DNA from: the human T2T-CHM13v2.0 reference genome, Homo sapiens
Strand: one strand, 5' to 3'
Assembly (NCBI RefSeq): GCF_009914755.1
Contig: NC_060927.1
DNA: 64,000 bases
In this document: positions 27,345 through 39,629 of the stretch, in pieces
Layout of the letters: every line of letters starts with the position of its first letter
How positions within the stretch are numbered: position 1 is the first letter of the stretch
The notes under the pieces: generated by a model
The model's input: only the letters and a program-made list of their open reading frames with translations
The model's database searches: none
What the model was told of the DNA's origin: nothing
Translations under genes and position numbers: made by a program

Positions 27345-30300
27345 TGAAGAGCATGCACAGATTTCAAAAATTAATAGTACTATATATCTGGATGTCATAT
27401 TTCTCTATTTTTAAATTTTTGGGGGGATATTTTGGGGGGAAGAAGATAAAGACATACAAAATTATCATCTCTCACAAGAGGCAATAGAGAAACAAGAGAC
27501 AACTAGAGAAAAAGAAGGGGGCTACTTAATCTTTCTAGTGAGAAATAGGAACTTACAAAAGTAAAACAATATTTAAATTCCGAAACTGTCCTATATACCA
27601 TATCGATACATACAATTTTAATTAAAATTCCTGAAGGATTATTTTTTCAGCAAACTACAGCTAAAGTTTTAAAGTTCGTCTAAGAGAAAATGTCATTATA
27701 ATTGTGAAGGCAAATAAAAAATATGTAGTGTTTTGGAATATGCCAATTGTGAAGAATTACCACCTTCATTTATGTAAGAGTTTATGCAATCTGCAATTAT
27801 GGCCCTAAATCTACAGTGGGCTGGGAGGGCTGTGTCTTGTTCATCTTTGTGATAATAGCCCCTAATGCACAGTGAGCAGTCGGTGAACATTAAATTGAAG
27901 ATGACCTTCCTTCACTTCTAATTTAAGAGGTGAATTATTTATTCAAAACTTTATATAAAATCTAGAGTATTGTCCTGTGAATACACATATTGGCATATAT
28001 ACCTAGTTTTGAGTCACTGTAGATTTGTGATGAAATCTACTCCTAAGGTTATGTAAATTAGTGAAGGCCAAAAGTGTATTTGTGTGTTGGTTTTACAGAG
28101 CATTAAGTACTTCACAGAGAGACTTGATTTAGTTGTAGACAGATGTCTGAGAGGCTGTGACGAAGGGAGAAAAGATACTTAAAGTGGAAGCATGAGGTTT
28201 TGAATACAGTCTTTTAAACTGAAGTTAAGTCCCCTCTATAACTGTAATAGAAATCAGCTATGCAACTAGCATACAATTTATAGAAATGTGATGAAATGTT
28301 CATATATATCTTTTTGTTTTAATTGAAGTTGACTTAATTTCTCAACTTTCTTGAAAGCTAAAAAAACAGACACAAGAACTTTCTTTGTGCTAACTAAATA
28401 TTTGGATGTTTTACACAAACGCATATTTTATTATGCTACTACTGCAACCTGGAATATTACCTACATATTTTAATTGATCTTAATAATTTATGTATACATG
28501 AAATATTAGTTTACATTTGAAAATTTCTCTTCCAAAACAGCTGTTCAGTTCAGAAAAATTGAACAAGAATATTTATGAATATAAAATTTCATGAGTCAAT
28601 TGTATTAAACACATTGTATACCCTCCATAAATCCTGATTTTCTCAGTAGATTCACATTTTTCCCATCACTGACATTAATTTCCTGAAAACTGAGCCTTTA
28701 AGAAATAATTTGAAATGGGAGGGGAAAAGTTTTTTTTTTTTTTTAAGTGAGCAGTTGGAGCCAGATCTTATAATTTTTTTCAAAGAAATTCTAGTCTTTG
28801 GGGAATCAGTAGTTCAACCCCCTTGCAAGACGTTGAATTCTAAGGCCATGGTCAGTCAATAAGTTTTGGCAACCTATATTAAATTATTTTTGGAAAGCTT
28901 CTCATGGATAATAATATGACACTAACTGATGCCCTAAAAAGCGATATCAGTAGGGGGAAAGGGTAACCGTGAGTTACTCACAGGTGATGGATTGATTTTA
29001 TGATCATCAAGGAAATCAGGTGAGAGTTTGTTGGGGAGTGAGAATGAAAGTGGAAAACATCTTTATGGCATTCCAGTAAACCACAAACCATTCCACTTTT
29101 ACCTCCATGATTGATGATGCCACTGAAAACCCTCCATGGGACGACTGCACTTCCTTGAATCTCAAATTGTAGACCATTCATTATGCTATATATTTTCCAC
29201 CCTGACCTGATATTGATGTACACTGTGTTTAATGAATCATATTTATCACCCTGTTTCAGCACAGGATGTACTGTGTATCTGATCTTAGACTCATGGTCCA
29301 AGTGGGAAACGGAGCAAGTGAAGTGTGGGAATAGAATCTAACAAGAGGGCAGGTTAGGAAGTGCCAGACAGGATGGAGGAAGAGATAGAAAACTTGAGCT
29401 GGAATCTCTAACTGGGACAGAACAGAGCATTCCAAACACTGGTGAAAATGAACAGTGGACTCCTGCCATCTGTATGATGGCAAAATGACAATATCTTCAA
29501 AACCAGATTCTCCTAGCTTCAGATTATTATCCAAATCTGCTCTCAGTTAATGATAGAAACAGTTTCCCAAAGTGTTGAACCAACGTGCATATACCCAGGG
29601 CCAAACATTCCCACCAAAATAAAAGCAACGTATTTAAATAGATATTTTGAAGGAAATTACAGATGAAAAGTGAGAAGAAGCTAGTCTATGAATATTTCTA
29701 AGCTGGTCATTTTCCTCAAAATAAAGCAAAATAATTAGACTTATACATGATGTTTAGCCACGCATAGTTATATGATAGCTTTTCCTTTGTGCCTTGCTAA
29801 CATTTTTAATATTTCAGGGCACATGATGGTTGGGTAGGACTAGCCATGCCAGGCCACAGCCATCCCAGTAAACATTGGTATGGAGGCTCACCTAAGGTAG
29901 GGAAAGTTACTTGAGGACACATCATGGGAGGCAGCCAGGAGTAAACAATTTCAAATATAACCAATTTATTGTACAAACTGAAGCATAAACATGAAACTAT
30001 TATATTTTTCTGAAACCTCTGTCTCAAATGCATTATGTCCATTTTTCTTTTTCCATAAGGTAGAAGACCCCTTAACGAGACCTTGGGCAGATTTCATAAT
30101 TTCTGGTTAACTTTCAGTTACTCAGTTTCAACTGTTAAAAATCCATCAAGTTTAAATTTACATTTCCAGTTTTGTCTCCAACCAGAGCTCTCTTTTCCTG
30201 ATCACAGACCAGTCTTGAGCTTAAGGAGCCTTTGCTGAGAAGTAAACAAGCTTGTTCTTACTCCTCTTTTCAAATCAGCACAAAGGATTCCAGGGGAACC

Positions 30301-30879
30301 CAGGCTTGGTTTGGAGATACCTTTTCCTTCCACTTTCAAGGCATAACTCCCCTTTCCTCTGGTCTTAGGGGAAGGAATGGGAAAAGAGATGGAAGGGCAA
30401 ATTCCCACTATTTATCTGCACTTGGGTGAGCTGTCATGAATTCTTTGGCTAAGAGGGACTGGTTGTCCATATATTCTTATGCCAGGTATCCAAATGCTGG
30501 CTCATGTGGGTGACAAGGTTATGAGGACACTGGAGAGCTGGCCTATATCTCAGTGCTTTGACATGATTTCACATTTTCCAAGCCTCTTTAATTCCCCGGC
30601 TATCCCATCATGTAGGACATCCCATAGCCACTGCTTGCTGAGGTTCTCTTTCCCAATGTCAAGCCCTCTTGGGTGGGGTGTTAGCCACTCAGCTCATGCT
30701 TGGTACCCAAAATGGAAAACTCACATTTGGCTTTGTCTGAAGTAGACAAAGTCAAGAATCAACTCACATACTATACAATTCTTTTTACAATTTTTTTGTG
30801 GTGACATCCCACCTCCCCCAAATTTCTGAGTTCCATTGCTTTCAACTACTAGCAACTTTGCTTTTCTTTTTCTCTGAAA

Positions 30880-31208
30880 GACTGCCCTCAAGCTACTGGA
30901 GCCTACAGATGTGCCAAGAAGTTTATTTCCCCTGGGAGGCTGTTTACCAATAAACTGCCTAGCTCTCTTCATTCAGTGTGGGGCAATTTAGAGGCTTAAC
31001 TTAAACTCTAGAAGTTCCCTGCAGAATCAAGCCAAGCCCTATCCACTGCTGTGGGACTTTTGGACCCTTGTTCAGCTTCTTCTCCTTTCCTGTTCTGCTG
31101 CCCCTGCCACTCTCCCCAATGTTCTTACTGATTTCTCCTATGAGCACTTTCTTAATAAATCACTTGAATCCTTACTCAGGGTCTGTTCCTTTGGAAACTG
31201 ACCTAAGA
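30880..31208 (+). mobile_element. ERVL LTR16-type LTR
   Basis: Ends gagcactttcttaataaatcacttgaatccttactcagggtctg...ggaaactgacctaaga, typical LTR16 3' end. Confidence 0.7.
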
Positions 31209-31760
31209 AACCTACTCTTGACATACAGTTGGATAAGCATGGAGCTCCCTGCCACATTGTCCCCAATTAATCCTGCCATCTCTTTCCAATTTTCTTTCTA
31301 ATTTCAAAAGTCTTAGTAGCGGTTAATGTTCTTTTCCTTCCTTTCTCCTCCCATTCTCCTTCTCCTTCCTTCTTTCTTCTTACCTTCTTTCCTCCTGCCT
31401 CCTTCTTTCCCTTCTTTTGTTCCTTCATCCTTTCCTTGTCTTTCGTTTCTTTCCTATTCTATATCCTTTCTAGAATAAGCACTGTGGTTCCAGATTTCTA
31501 GTCTTTTCTCCCATATATATTACTCTTGGAATTTGGGAAGAGAAGCCAAACTGTTTTGGATTCTTTGATGGACTGATTTTCTTGATAATAATGTTTCTCT
31601 TTCATTACTTAAAATGGTAACGCTTTTGGTGCTGAGAGCAGGTTGACATTTTTTGGGAAGGAGGGGAACATGAAGGTGGTAGAGAAGAGGTTTTTTTGAA
31701 GGCTCACTTGCTCTGGACACCAGAGTAAGGATTTGACCAGGCTTTCTTGAGGACTGGAAC

Positions 31761-31856
31761 TTCAAACTTCTACATCTGCCCCAAATAAACATTGAAAACC
31801 AGAATCAGTTCAAACTTCTACATCTACCCCAAATAAATATTCAAAACCAGAATCAA
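31761..31856 (+). repeat. 48-bp tandem duplication (2 copies, 4 mismatches)
   Basis: ttcaaacttctacatctRccccaaataaaYattSaaaaccagaatcaR at 31761-31808 and 31809-31856. Confidence 0.95.
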
Positions 31857-31933
31857 TTCCTAGAGCTAGCAGTGGAGGTCAAGGCAGTGTCATCATTTTC
31901 TTCCCTGGCAATAGATCATCAATTCCCCCAGTA

Positions 31934-32266
31934 CAGACAGTCCCTAACTTAAGATGGTTCAACTTACGGTTTTTAAATTTTTTGACTTTACGATAGTGCT
32001 AAAGCAGTAGGATACTCCTGAGAGAGAGGCTGAGTGGCAGCAGCAGTGGCAGCCAGCCTTGCAATCACCGGGGTAAACCACCGATATTCTACAGTGTACT
32101 GTGTTACCAGATGATCCTGCCCCACTGTAGGCTACCGACTATAAGTGTTCTGACTGGGCTAAGCTCTGATGTTCAGTAGGTTATATGTATTAAATGCATT
32201 TTTTATATTCTCAATTTACAATGTATTTATCAGAAGGTAACCCTGGCGCAAGTCTAGGAACATCTG
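31934..32266 (-). mobile_element. MER47-like (Tigger5) DNA transposon
   Basis: TA|cagacagtccctaacttaagatgg ... gcaagtctaggaacatctg|TA; imperfect TIRs and TA target site. Confidence 0.75.
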
Positions 32267-32939
32267 TATGTAATAATGTCCAAAGTTCTGGAAAGTACAG
32301 TGGGAAAAAGTGAGAAGGAGAACTCACTACAAATGGTGAGTGAATGGCTAAGTTTTATCTGTTTTCTATAGTTGATGCCTTAGGAAGTTGAAACAAGAAA
32401 CCTGTACACCAGTTAGATAATTAAAATGGCACATTGGCAGAAGATGGTTTCCCTCGTGTCTCATACATAGCATTTAGGAATGAAAGTGCTCAGCGTCCCA
32501 GTGGTTCTCCTTTTGAACTGGCTCATCCATTACTGGGGTAATGATTTTCCGTCTGGGCAACAGCAAAGCCAAAGGCCTATTACACAGGCAACATAAAGTT
32601 AAAAAGACATTATGAATAAAACGTTGGCTCATGCCGGCTTTTGCCAAGCCTTCTCCAGAGAAGATTGCCTGATGCCGACACGTGTTTATTACACTTAATA
32701 ATGTTTACAGAATTCTTCTTTGAGCTCATTAGAGCTGTCAGATCAGAAGTAAATGTATTCCCCCCTCTGTTTATCTCTAAAGACTTCTCAGTCAATAAAG
32801 CAAGATGAATGACATCCAGGGCGCAGACAAGTACTCTTGAGCTTCGCAAACACTGCCAAGTTAAACCCTCAGCCAGGGTGGGCTCGTGGGTCTCAGGACT
32901 GAGGGAGCATGCATCTCATCAGCCACTTAGTTCTCTTGG

Positions 32940-33126
32940 CGGTGCTTCTCCAACTTTAATGTGCTTGGAATCTCCCTGAGAGCTTCATAAAATACACAAT
33001 GCTAGGCCCCCTTCCCAGAGATTTTGGTTCACTAGATCTGGGTTAGGGCCCAGAAATTTGCATTTCTAGCAAGCCCCCAGGTGATGCTGATGCTGCAGGT
33101 GCATGTAACCCACTCAGAGTAGTCCT
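32940..33126. mobile_element. MER5B/MER5A hAT-Charlie MITE abutting the CpG island
   Basis: cccagagattttggttcactagatctggg...tttgcatttctagcaagcccccaggtgatgctgatgctgcaggt. Confidence 0.8.
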
Positions 33127-33419
33127 ATTCTGGAGTTCATTTTCTTTTGTTGCGGAGGAGGGTGGCGGTACCCCTTGGCAACTTGGGACATCCTGGCTGG
33201 CCTGTGGCATGCATCAGCCACAGCGGTGAAGGCGGCAGGGGCAGCAACCAGAGCAGCAGCAGTGGCAGCAGTAGCAGGCGCGGCCGCCGCCGCCTCCGGC
33301 TCAGCTCACGCGGAAACCCCACTGGGCCGTCGTGGCTCCGCGCGGTTGCGGGCCAGCGTGGAGAGGCGGGACGTGGCGCCCGGGGGCGGGGCCTGGCGCC
33401 AGGGGGCGGGGCGCAGCGA

Positions 33420-33516
33420 GCCGGGCTCCCGCTGTCTGCTCTCAGCGGCGGCGGCAGGGGCTGAGGGCACAGCCAGCGGGCGGCGCGCCGCGGACTCCAA
33501 GGCAGCCCGCCAAAAG
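33420..33516 (+). other. probable non-coding first exon (start approximate)
   Basis: Directly follows tandem GC boxes; ends at donor AAG|GTAAAG (33516/33517); no ATG inside. Confidence 0.65.
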
Positions 33517-34530
33517 GTAAAGCCAGGAGAGCGCGCTGGCGGGTCTTCCTGTTGGGTGGCTGCTGTCCAAGCCCCTAGCGTCCCCGGAGCCCCAAGCTGG
33601 GTCTGGAAGACCAGGGCATTTGCATGGCATCCAGGGACCGGCTGCCTAGCAGGGATTTTGCGTGTACCGCGGCGGGGCCGGGGGCTGGGGGTTGGGGGGT
33701 CTGCAGCGGGAGCCCGCGACCGATCCCAGGACATCTGGACTCGCGGACAACTTTGCGCAGCAGTCCTCTTCCAAGTTCCCTTTATTGCTATTGTCTTAGC
33801 GCCTGTCTGACAGTCTCCCCGGACTCCAGCTTTGTTCTCATTAGGCCAAACCCGCCCTCCCCAGGGGCGTGAACCCAGGAGTCGCTGGCAAGTTGCACCT
33901 GCCAGCCGGATCCGCCCGGGCTCCCTTCGCGTCCCTGCCGGGTCCAGCGCTGTCCTGCGCACCTTAGGGCTGGGCACGGCGAAACCTGGCGCCCTTGGGA
34001 GCAGAGGTTCTCGCTCCATTCCCCTGTGGGGATCTAAGCTCCAGGCCGGGGTGTCGGACCTCTGGGTTGCAGCATGCTTTGGGGCCGAAGAAAGGGCGAG
34101 AAAAAGTTTGAGCATTGGCTGGGCCTGGGGAGCGGGTAGCGCCAGGCTGCACATGGCAGGAGTTGGAGAAGAGTACTAGGGGCTTGGCGCCGGACACAGG
34201 GACGCGGCCAGGGACCGAGCCCTGGAGGCTGAGGCTCTAAGCCTGGACTGTCAGCCGCGAAGGGGTTCTTGCTGTGTGCGCGCTTTGGCAGGAAGAGGCT
34301 GTGTGTGATTGTAGAGACGATGGGCGGAAAAACAGAGAAGAGAGAGGTACTTGGAATCTATGTAATTGCAGTGTGCCCCAGTGTGCACTTTTCTCCCTCC
34401 AGATATTTTGAAAAAGGTGTGCACGCCGATGTCTTGTAGGTGGACTCCCGGAGGTGGGGGTGGGGGTGGGTACGAGGGATAAGTTTTACCTAGAGCTAGA
34501 GCTGGCGTTGAAAGTGAACAGGTGACAGAA

Positions 34531-34531
<1 letters not shown>

Positions 34532-34574
<43 letters not shown>

Positions 34575-34585
34575 TGCGCGCGCGC
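34532..34585. repeat. (GT)19-ACGT-(GC)n alternating purine-pyrimidine tract
   Basis: 54 bp of uninterrupted alternation, read directly. Confidence 0.95.
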
Positions 34586-34589
34586 CGTG

Positions 34590-34669
34590 GCTAAGGATGC
34601 TCGGGTGCTGGACCGCCCGCTGTGCCTCCACACCCCTCCGCCCCGCCCCCTTCCAGCTCTCAGCGCGGG
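34590..34669 (+). other. possible alternative first exon (start uncertain)
   Basis: Second GC-box cluster and donor GGG|GTGAGT at 34669/34670 inside the island. Confidence 0.45.
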
Positions 34670-36629
34670 GTGAGTTTCCCTGACACTCCCCGCCGGAGGC
34701 AAGCAGGCAGAGGCGAAGTGATGGTCGCGGAGTGGAACAGACAAAAGGGTGCATTTGGACGACCCTTCCAGGACCAGGCGGCCAGAGTGTGGGGTGTGTG
34801 TGTGTGTGTGTGTCTGTCCGTCTGTCTATCTGGAGGGGGTCCCTGTCCTGCCAGTTATGGAGGGACCACTGAGAGAAGAGGAAAGAGGTAGGAGCGGGAG
34901 AAAGACAGGTGAGGCGGAGCGGAGGATAAGAAACCGAATGGGAGAGAGTCGAGAGCCGAGATTTAAAAGCATCTTGCCTAATTGGACGCAGATTTATAAA
35001 TTAATTTTTAAAAGAGGTGCTAGAAGTAGGAGAAGAAGAAGAAAAGAGCCCTGAAGCTAAAATTTTACAGGATGGGGGTGCAATAAGTTTGATTATTTAA
35101 TAAAGGTATCTTATCGAGCCATGTTAAAGTAAGTCTAAAACCCTCTCTGAAGTTTATTGCTGGTTTTAGATAGTCTCCTTTGACACATCTTTGCAGCACC
35201 TACTCCAGAAGTACCTTTTGACTGTCAGAAAGAAGTAAAAGGCATATATACACAAATAAAATGCAGCTAAATGAAGTTTAAATGAAGCTTTGAGCCGGAT
35301 TAAATGGCTTGTGTAACTGCTGAATGTTGCTAAAGTACTGTCAGGGCTATAAAATAGCCAGACAAAAATAAAGCAAAAAATAATTGTAACAAGAAAATGA
35401 AGGCTTTACAAGAACTTCAGTAATGAACACATAACAATTGATGGTATGATGCAGTAATTATTTTCGTATTTACGCCATTAACGATTGTAATTTAACGTTA
35501 ATGTCCTGGTATTTTATTCCTTCTCATTTGCAGACAAAAGCACATCTGAGACGCCATCAGGGAGTAATTTGGTAATATAAAGTCATGAATAGAAAACACT
35601 AAACCATGCTCAGAACTCTGACAACAGAAAGCGTGAAACAAAATAACCTCATTTGCTGTTTATTATCTGTCTTTATAATTCTGTTTACCATCATTTGCAT
35701 AAATGAATAGCTAAATTGTATAGTATATTCCTTCTTGGACAAAAAAAAATACATGATGCTTATAGATATGGTGGGGGGGAACTAGTAGGTAATTCTTACC
35801 TAAAGCATGAAGGAAAAAAAAAAACTGTGGGGTTAGAAACTGTTGCAAATAATCAGAATGCAAATTTAACCTACTTTAGGCATCCTTATTTTATTTAACT
35901 TGGCTCAGGTAGCTTTAACAATATATACGTAATTAGGAGATGGACAGACCCTAAACTTCTTTGCTAGCAAATCATAACAAAACTAAATTGAAGAGCTACA
36001 CGTTGTGTGATGAAGCAGTTTTGTTAATCTGAATAACTATTTTTTTCTGTTCAGACTTTCAAAGGTTAAATTTTCTGAAAGTGAGAAGGAAGGAGTTTAT
36101 TGGAAGAAGTTCAAAACAAAATTATTTCAGCAGAAACTTAAGTTATTAACATCTTAAGACAATCATCAGAGTTCACACATTTTAAAAGTATTGTGCATTG
36201 TTTTAACCTTAGGGACATTTGTGAAAACTTCTTTACTCATATGATAAAGGGAAAAAATAATAACTGCTTTAAAAAGGCTCTAAAGTAAAATGCCAGCAAA
36301 ACAGCTGAGCAAAACATGTGGTTAAGAAGGATCAATCAAGCATATGAATGTTTAAAAATATCTATTTATTATTACCAGGCTCATAAAATATCACAGTGAT
36401 TGAATATCCCTTTTCCTTCCCATACAAATATGCTGATCTCATGTGGAACAGCACAGTGAAATCAGTATTACCTGAGAATAGATTCCATGTGAGAATAAGG
36501 ACTTTGTATATATTTCAAGTACAGAGAAAAAAAATTTTTAAGTGGGAAGCAAGCTGTTCATTACAGTGGAGCCTGGTGACTGTGTAAGATTGGGGTAAGT
36601 TCTTAGCAGTTAGTTGGCTACAAACTTAT

Positions 36630-36754
36630 TTGTTTATTCATTTATGCAACATGCATTTTTTAAGTACCCATTATTAATGACCAGATATTGTACTATGTAT
36701 TGGGGATTCAAGGATGAGTTAGACTCATCCCCTGTATTTAGAAAAAATTGAGTC

Positions 36755-36814
<60 letters not shown>

Positions 36815-36900
36815 GTCAATTAAAAATGAAATTCTTAAAATGAGAAAACAGTTATGTGGGAAAATAAATGCAATAACATATGAGAAGTGTCCACCTATCC
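36630..36900 (-). mobile_element. L2 3' end (contains the TA repeat)
   Basis: tttattcatttatgcaac...taagtaccc...ccagatattgtactatgtattggggattcaaggatgag. Confidence 0.7.
36758..36812. repeat. (AT)27 microsatellite
   Basis: Uninterrupted AT run. Confidence 0.98.
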
Positions 36901-36919
36901 TAGAACTTGGGAATGAAAT

Positions 36920-37085
36920 AGGCTAGACTCAACTTTCAGCTCTTTTTCTTACTAGTTACGAGAACCTGATCCAGTTATTTAACCTCTCTGAACCTCAGTT
37001 TTCTCATCTGATAAATGAGAGAAATAACACTTCCCTAAATCATGGAGTTGTTACAACAATTACATGTCAACATATTTTTAATGTC
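36920..37085 (+). mobile_element. MIR SINE
   Basis: agttatttaacctctctgaacctcagttttctcatctg core. Confidence 0.85.
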
Positions 37086-37119
37086 TTCTATGTTTAAAAC
37101 AAACTCTGGATCCCATACT

Positions 37120-37910
37120 TCTCAGCATCCCTTACCTCATTTCTTTTCTCCGTGTCATTGTCAAACTTCTGGTGAGGCTTGTCTGCACATGTTAATCTCC
37201 ACATGCTAATCTCCACCTCCTCTCTACCTTACTGTCTGTCCTCCTCCAGTGTGGCTTCTGCCTCCACCGCTTATGAAAACAACTTCTCTTGACGTCAGCA
37301 GTGACTACTGAGCAGCGATCTGCACTCTTACTCAACTTCTTGAAGCATTGGACAGAGCTGACTCGTCCCTTTTCTGTCATAAGGTATATTCTGTTGGCAT
37401 CTTTCAGTGACTTTGGTGGCTTCTATGAGACTGTATGCCTTTAATTCTCCTCTTTAGGGTTTATTATTTCCCAGCTGGCTCCACTTTCATGATCTCATCT
37501 CTAAATAAAGCTTGGATCTTACCAACACTAGGGCTATATTCTGGCCCATCTTTTTTATATTGCCTTCCTCTTCCCTCCCCAGCTTCCGCTTTAGGTAATA
37601 TCTTTCATTCTCATGGTTTTAAGTCTTATCCATACAACAATTCAATTTATGTCTCTAATCCATTCCTGGCCTCTGAGCTTCAGCAACATCTATTCAATTG
37701 CCCACTTAACGTCTCCATTTGGATGTTTCCCAAGCATATCTAACATTTTACACCCAAAATTAAAGGTTATATTATCACTACAAACAACCTCCTAAAATTA
37801 TTCTCTTTAGTCTTCCTCATTTGGGGAAATGACAGTACCATACTAATTGTTCAGTTCAGAAACTTAGATTTATTCCTTTGCCTCAATTATTTCTTAATTC
37901 ATCATGTACA
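37120..37910 (+). mobile_element. L2 LINE internal fragment
   Basis: ctccagtgtggcttctgcctccacc...gcattggacagagctgac...tctcatggttttaag...ctctgagcttcag...tccatttggatgt. Confidence 0.75.
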
Positions 37911-39629
37911 TTGTGTCCAAGGTAGGCATGTGCCTGATACCCACAGGTAGACCTGCCAGTATTGGTGGATTATAGTCTGCATTTGTTCTGATTGGCCAGT
38001 GCTCTAGCCATACCAGTTGATAAGTATTTTGGACTAATACCCCTGCTCATATCTCACCTTTGTTCACCTCTATCATAACCCCTAGTGTCCAGGCCAATAT
38101 CACCTTTCACCTATTATTTTTGTCCTGACATGATAGATGTGTGTGACTAGTATCACTATTTAAAGATAAACTGATTTGCTATATTTTGCAGATTATATAA
38201 GTTTCACACAATCTAATGTTAGGAGGTTGAACATCAATTAAGAAAGAGCTTATACCTTTCATGGTAACTCACCAATTCAATACTAAGAGGTTGGATATGT
38301 TCCAAGGTAGAAGTCCTTTGTGAGCTGAGAAATATGCTTGGTGGATCCCACGCTAAAGCGACAGATTATGGAATTTCACTTTTGCCAAATTTGGAACACA
38401 GTACTATGTTTGATTGTTAATTTTAGGAAAATGAAATCAGATTAATTTCTACCACTAAAAAAGAGCAAATTTAAATAATCATAATCTTGAATAGCCTGTT
38501 TTTTTCTCTTGGCCAGCACAGTACATATAATAAAAAACCTAGAAATACATTTAAGAGACTGAGAATCAAGCATGTTCAATGTTGTATACAGATTTTTTTG
38601 ACAAAAAATAACAATGAAAGCAAAATATTTGAGTGAGAAGTATCATCAATGTCAACCCCAGAACTGTTGTAGCAGGCTTCCCCTCTTTCACTAGGAAGCC
38701 ACTGTTCTGAGCATAACCGGCATCCTTGAGTTCACTTCACTTTGTATGTGGTACATCTGAGACGTGGAAGGTTTTACCTCTCTCAAAAGAGCAGTGATGA
38801 CGTCAATGTAATCATGTAAACAAGAGTCAAGTGATCATTCAGTGGTATCATTGGACTCGAAGGTCAAGAAAAATCTAAGTCTCAATTTTCTAGGGATAGA
38901 AGCAGTTTTATTCACAAAAGAGTAACAGGATTGCAAGAAGAATTTGTTCAATTGTAAGCCCACTTTATATTCTCTGTTAGTCTTTTTGTGCTGATCCTGG
39001 CTTTTGCTTTTGCATTGCTCTGGGCTGTAGAACCAGTCTCATAGTAACTTTCCCTTTTCCTTTTATTTCTTCCTTTCCTTTTTCCTTTTTTTTCCCTATT
39101 TATTTCTTTCATCGTCTTCAGTTCTTCCTTTTTCTTTCTTCACTTTCTGCTGTGCCTTTCCATTCTCTCTTCCCTTCTTCTGTCCCTTATCCTTTTAAAT
39201 TGTCTTTCTTCATCACTCTTATATAAGCAAAAACAAACAAAATAAAAATATATGTGTGAGTTTTGCCCTGGCTGTTTCCACCATTATCGGATTTAATCTA
39301 CAGCATTGCTTTTGCCTTTTGTACTTGGTGGTCTTTGCATTCATCATGTCAAACTTATATCAAGAAGTTTAAACTCTTGTCTCAGTTTCACCTATGCCAA
39401 TAAGTAAACATAGAAAAGATGGAAGAAAGAGAACTGATGAAATGTGTCTGTGGATCCATGCTACCATGCTCTAGAATGCCCCTTTTCCAATACTGTTGTT
39501 TTTACAAGCAGGTGGCAGAAAGGTAGCAAGCCAAGCAAATAACTTCCTGAATTCAGGTACCATTTTGGAAGATTCATGTCCATCTTCACAGGGATGGTGA
39601 AAATTAGAGTAATGGCTTTTAAATGATGA

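Larger units (their letters stand above)
33150..34960 (+). promoter_or_regulatory. CpG-island promoter (TATA-less, GC boxes) of an unidentified + strand gene
   Basis: Abrupt high GC and dense CpG against an AT-rich CpG-depleted background; GGGGCGGGG boxes within 33382-33411 and CCGCCCCGCCCC at 34638-34649; downstream + strand splice donors. Confidence 0.92.

Noticed and set aside
28969-28981. Palindrome GTGAGT-T-ACTCAC giving splice-donor motifs on both strands
   Set aside because: Only 6-bp arms; expected by chance in 64 kb and no partner acceptor evident.
28900-30100. Repeat-free, complex-looking stretch with ORFs of 107 and 92 aa (possible processed pseudogene)
   Set aside because: The frames I read show no protein family I recognise, stops are frequent, and there is no poly(A)/TSD; BLASTX would be needed to revive it.
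33946-33960. REST/RE1-like GCGCTGTCC
   Set aside because: Only one half-site; the GGTGCTGAA half is missing at canonical spacing.
33175-34754. Long ORFs in the CpG island (211 aa +, 282 aa -, 167 aa -)
   Set aside because: Stop-poor GC-rich sequence; Ala/Gly/Pro/Arg-biased with no recognisable domain; overlapping in several frames; some rely on non-ATG starts.
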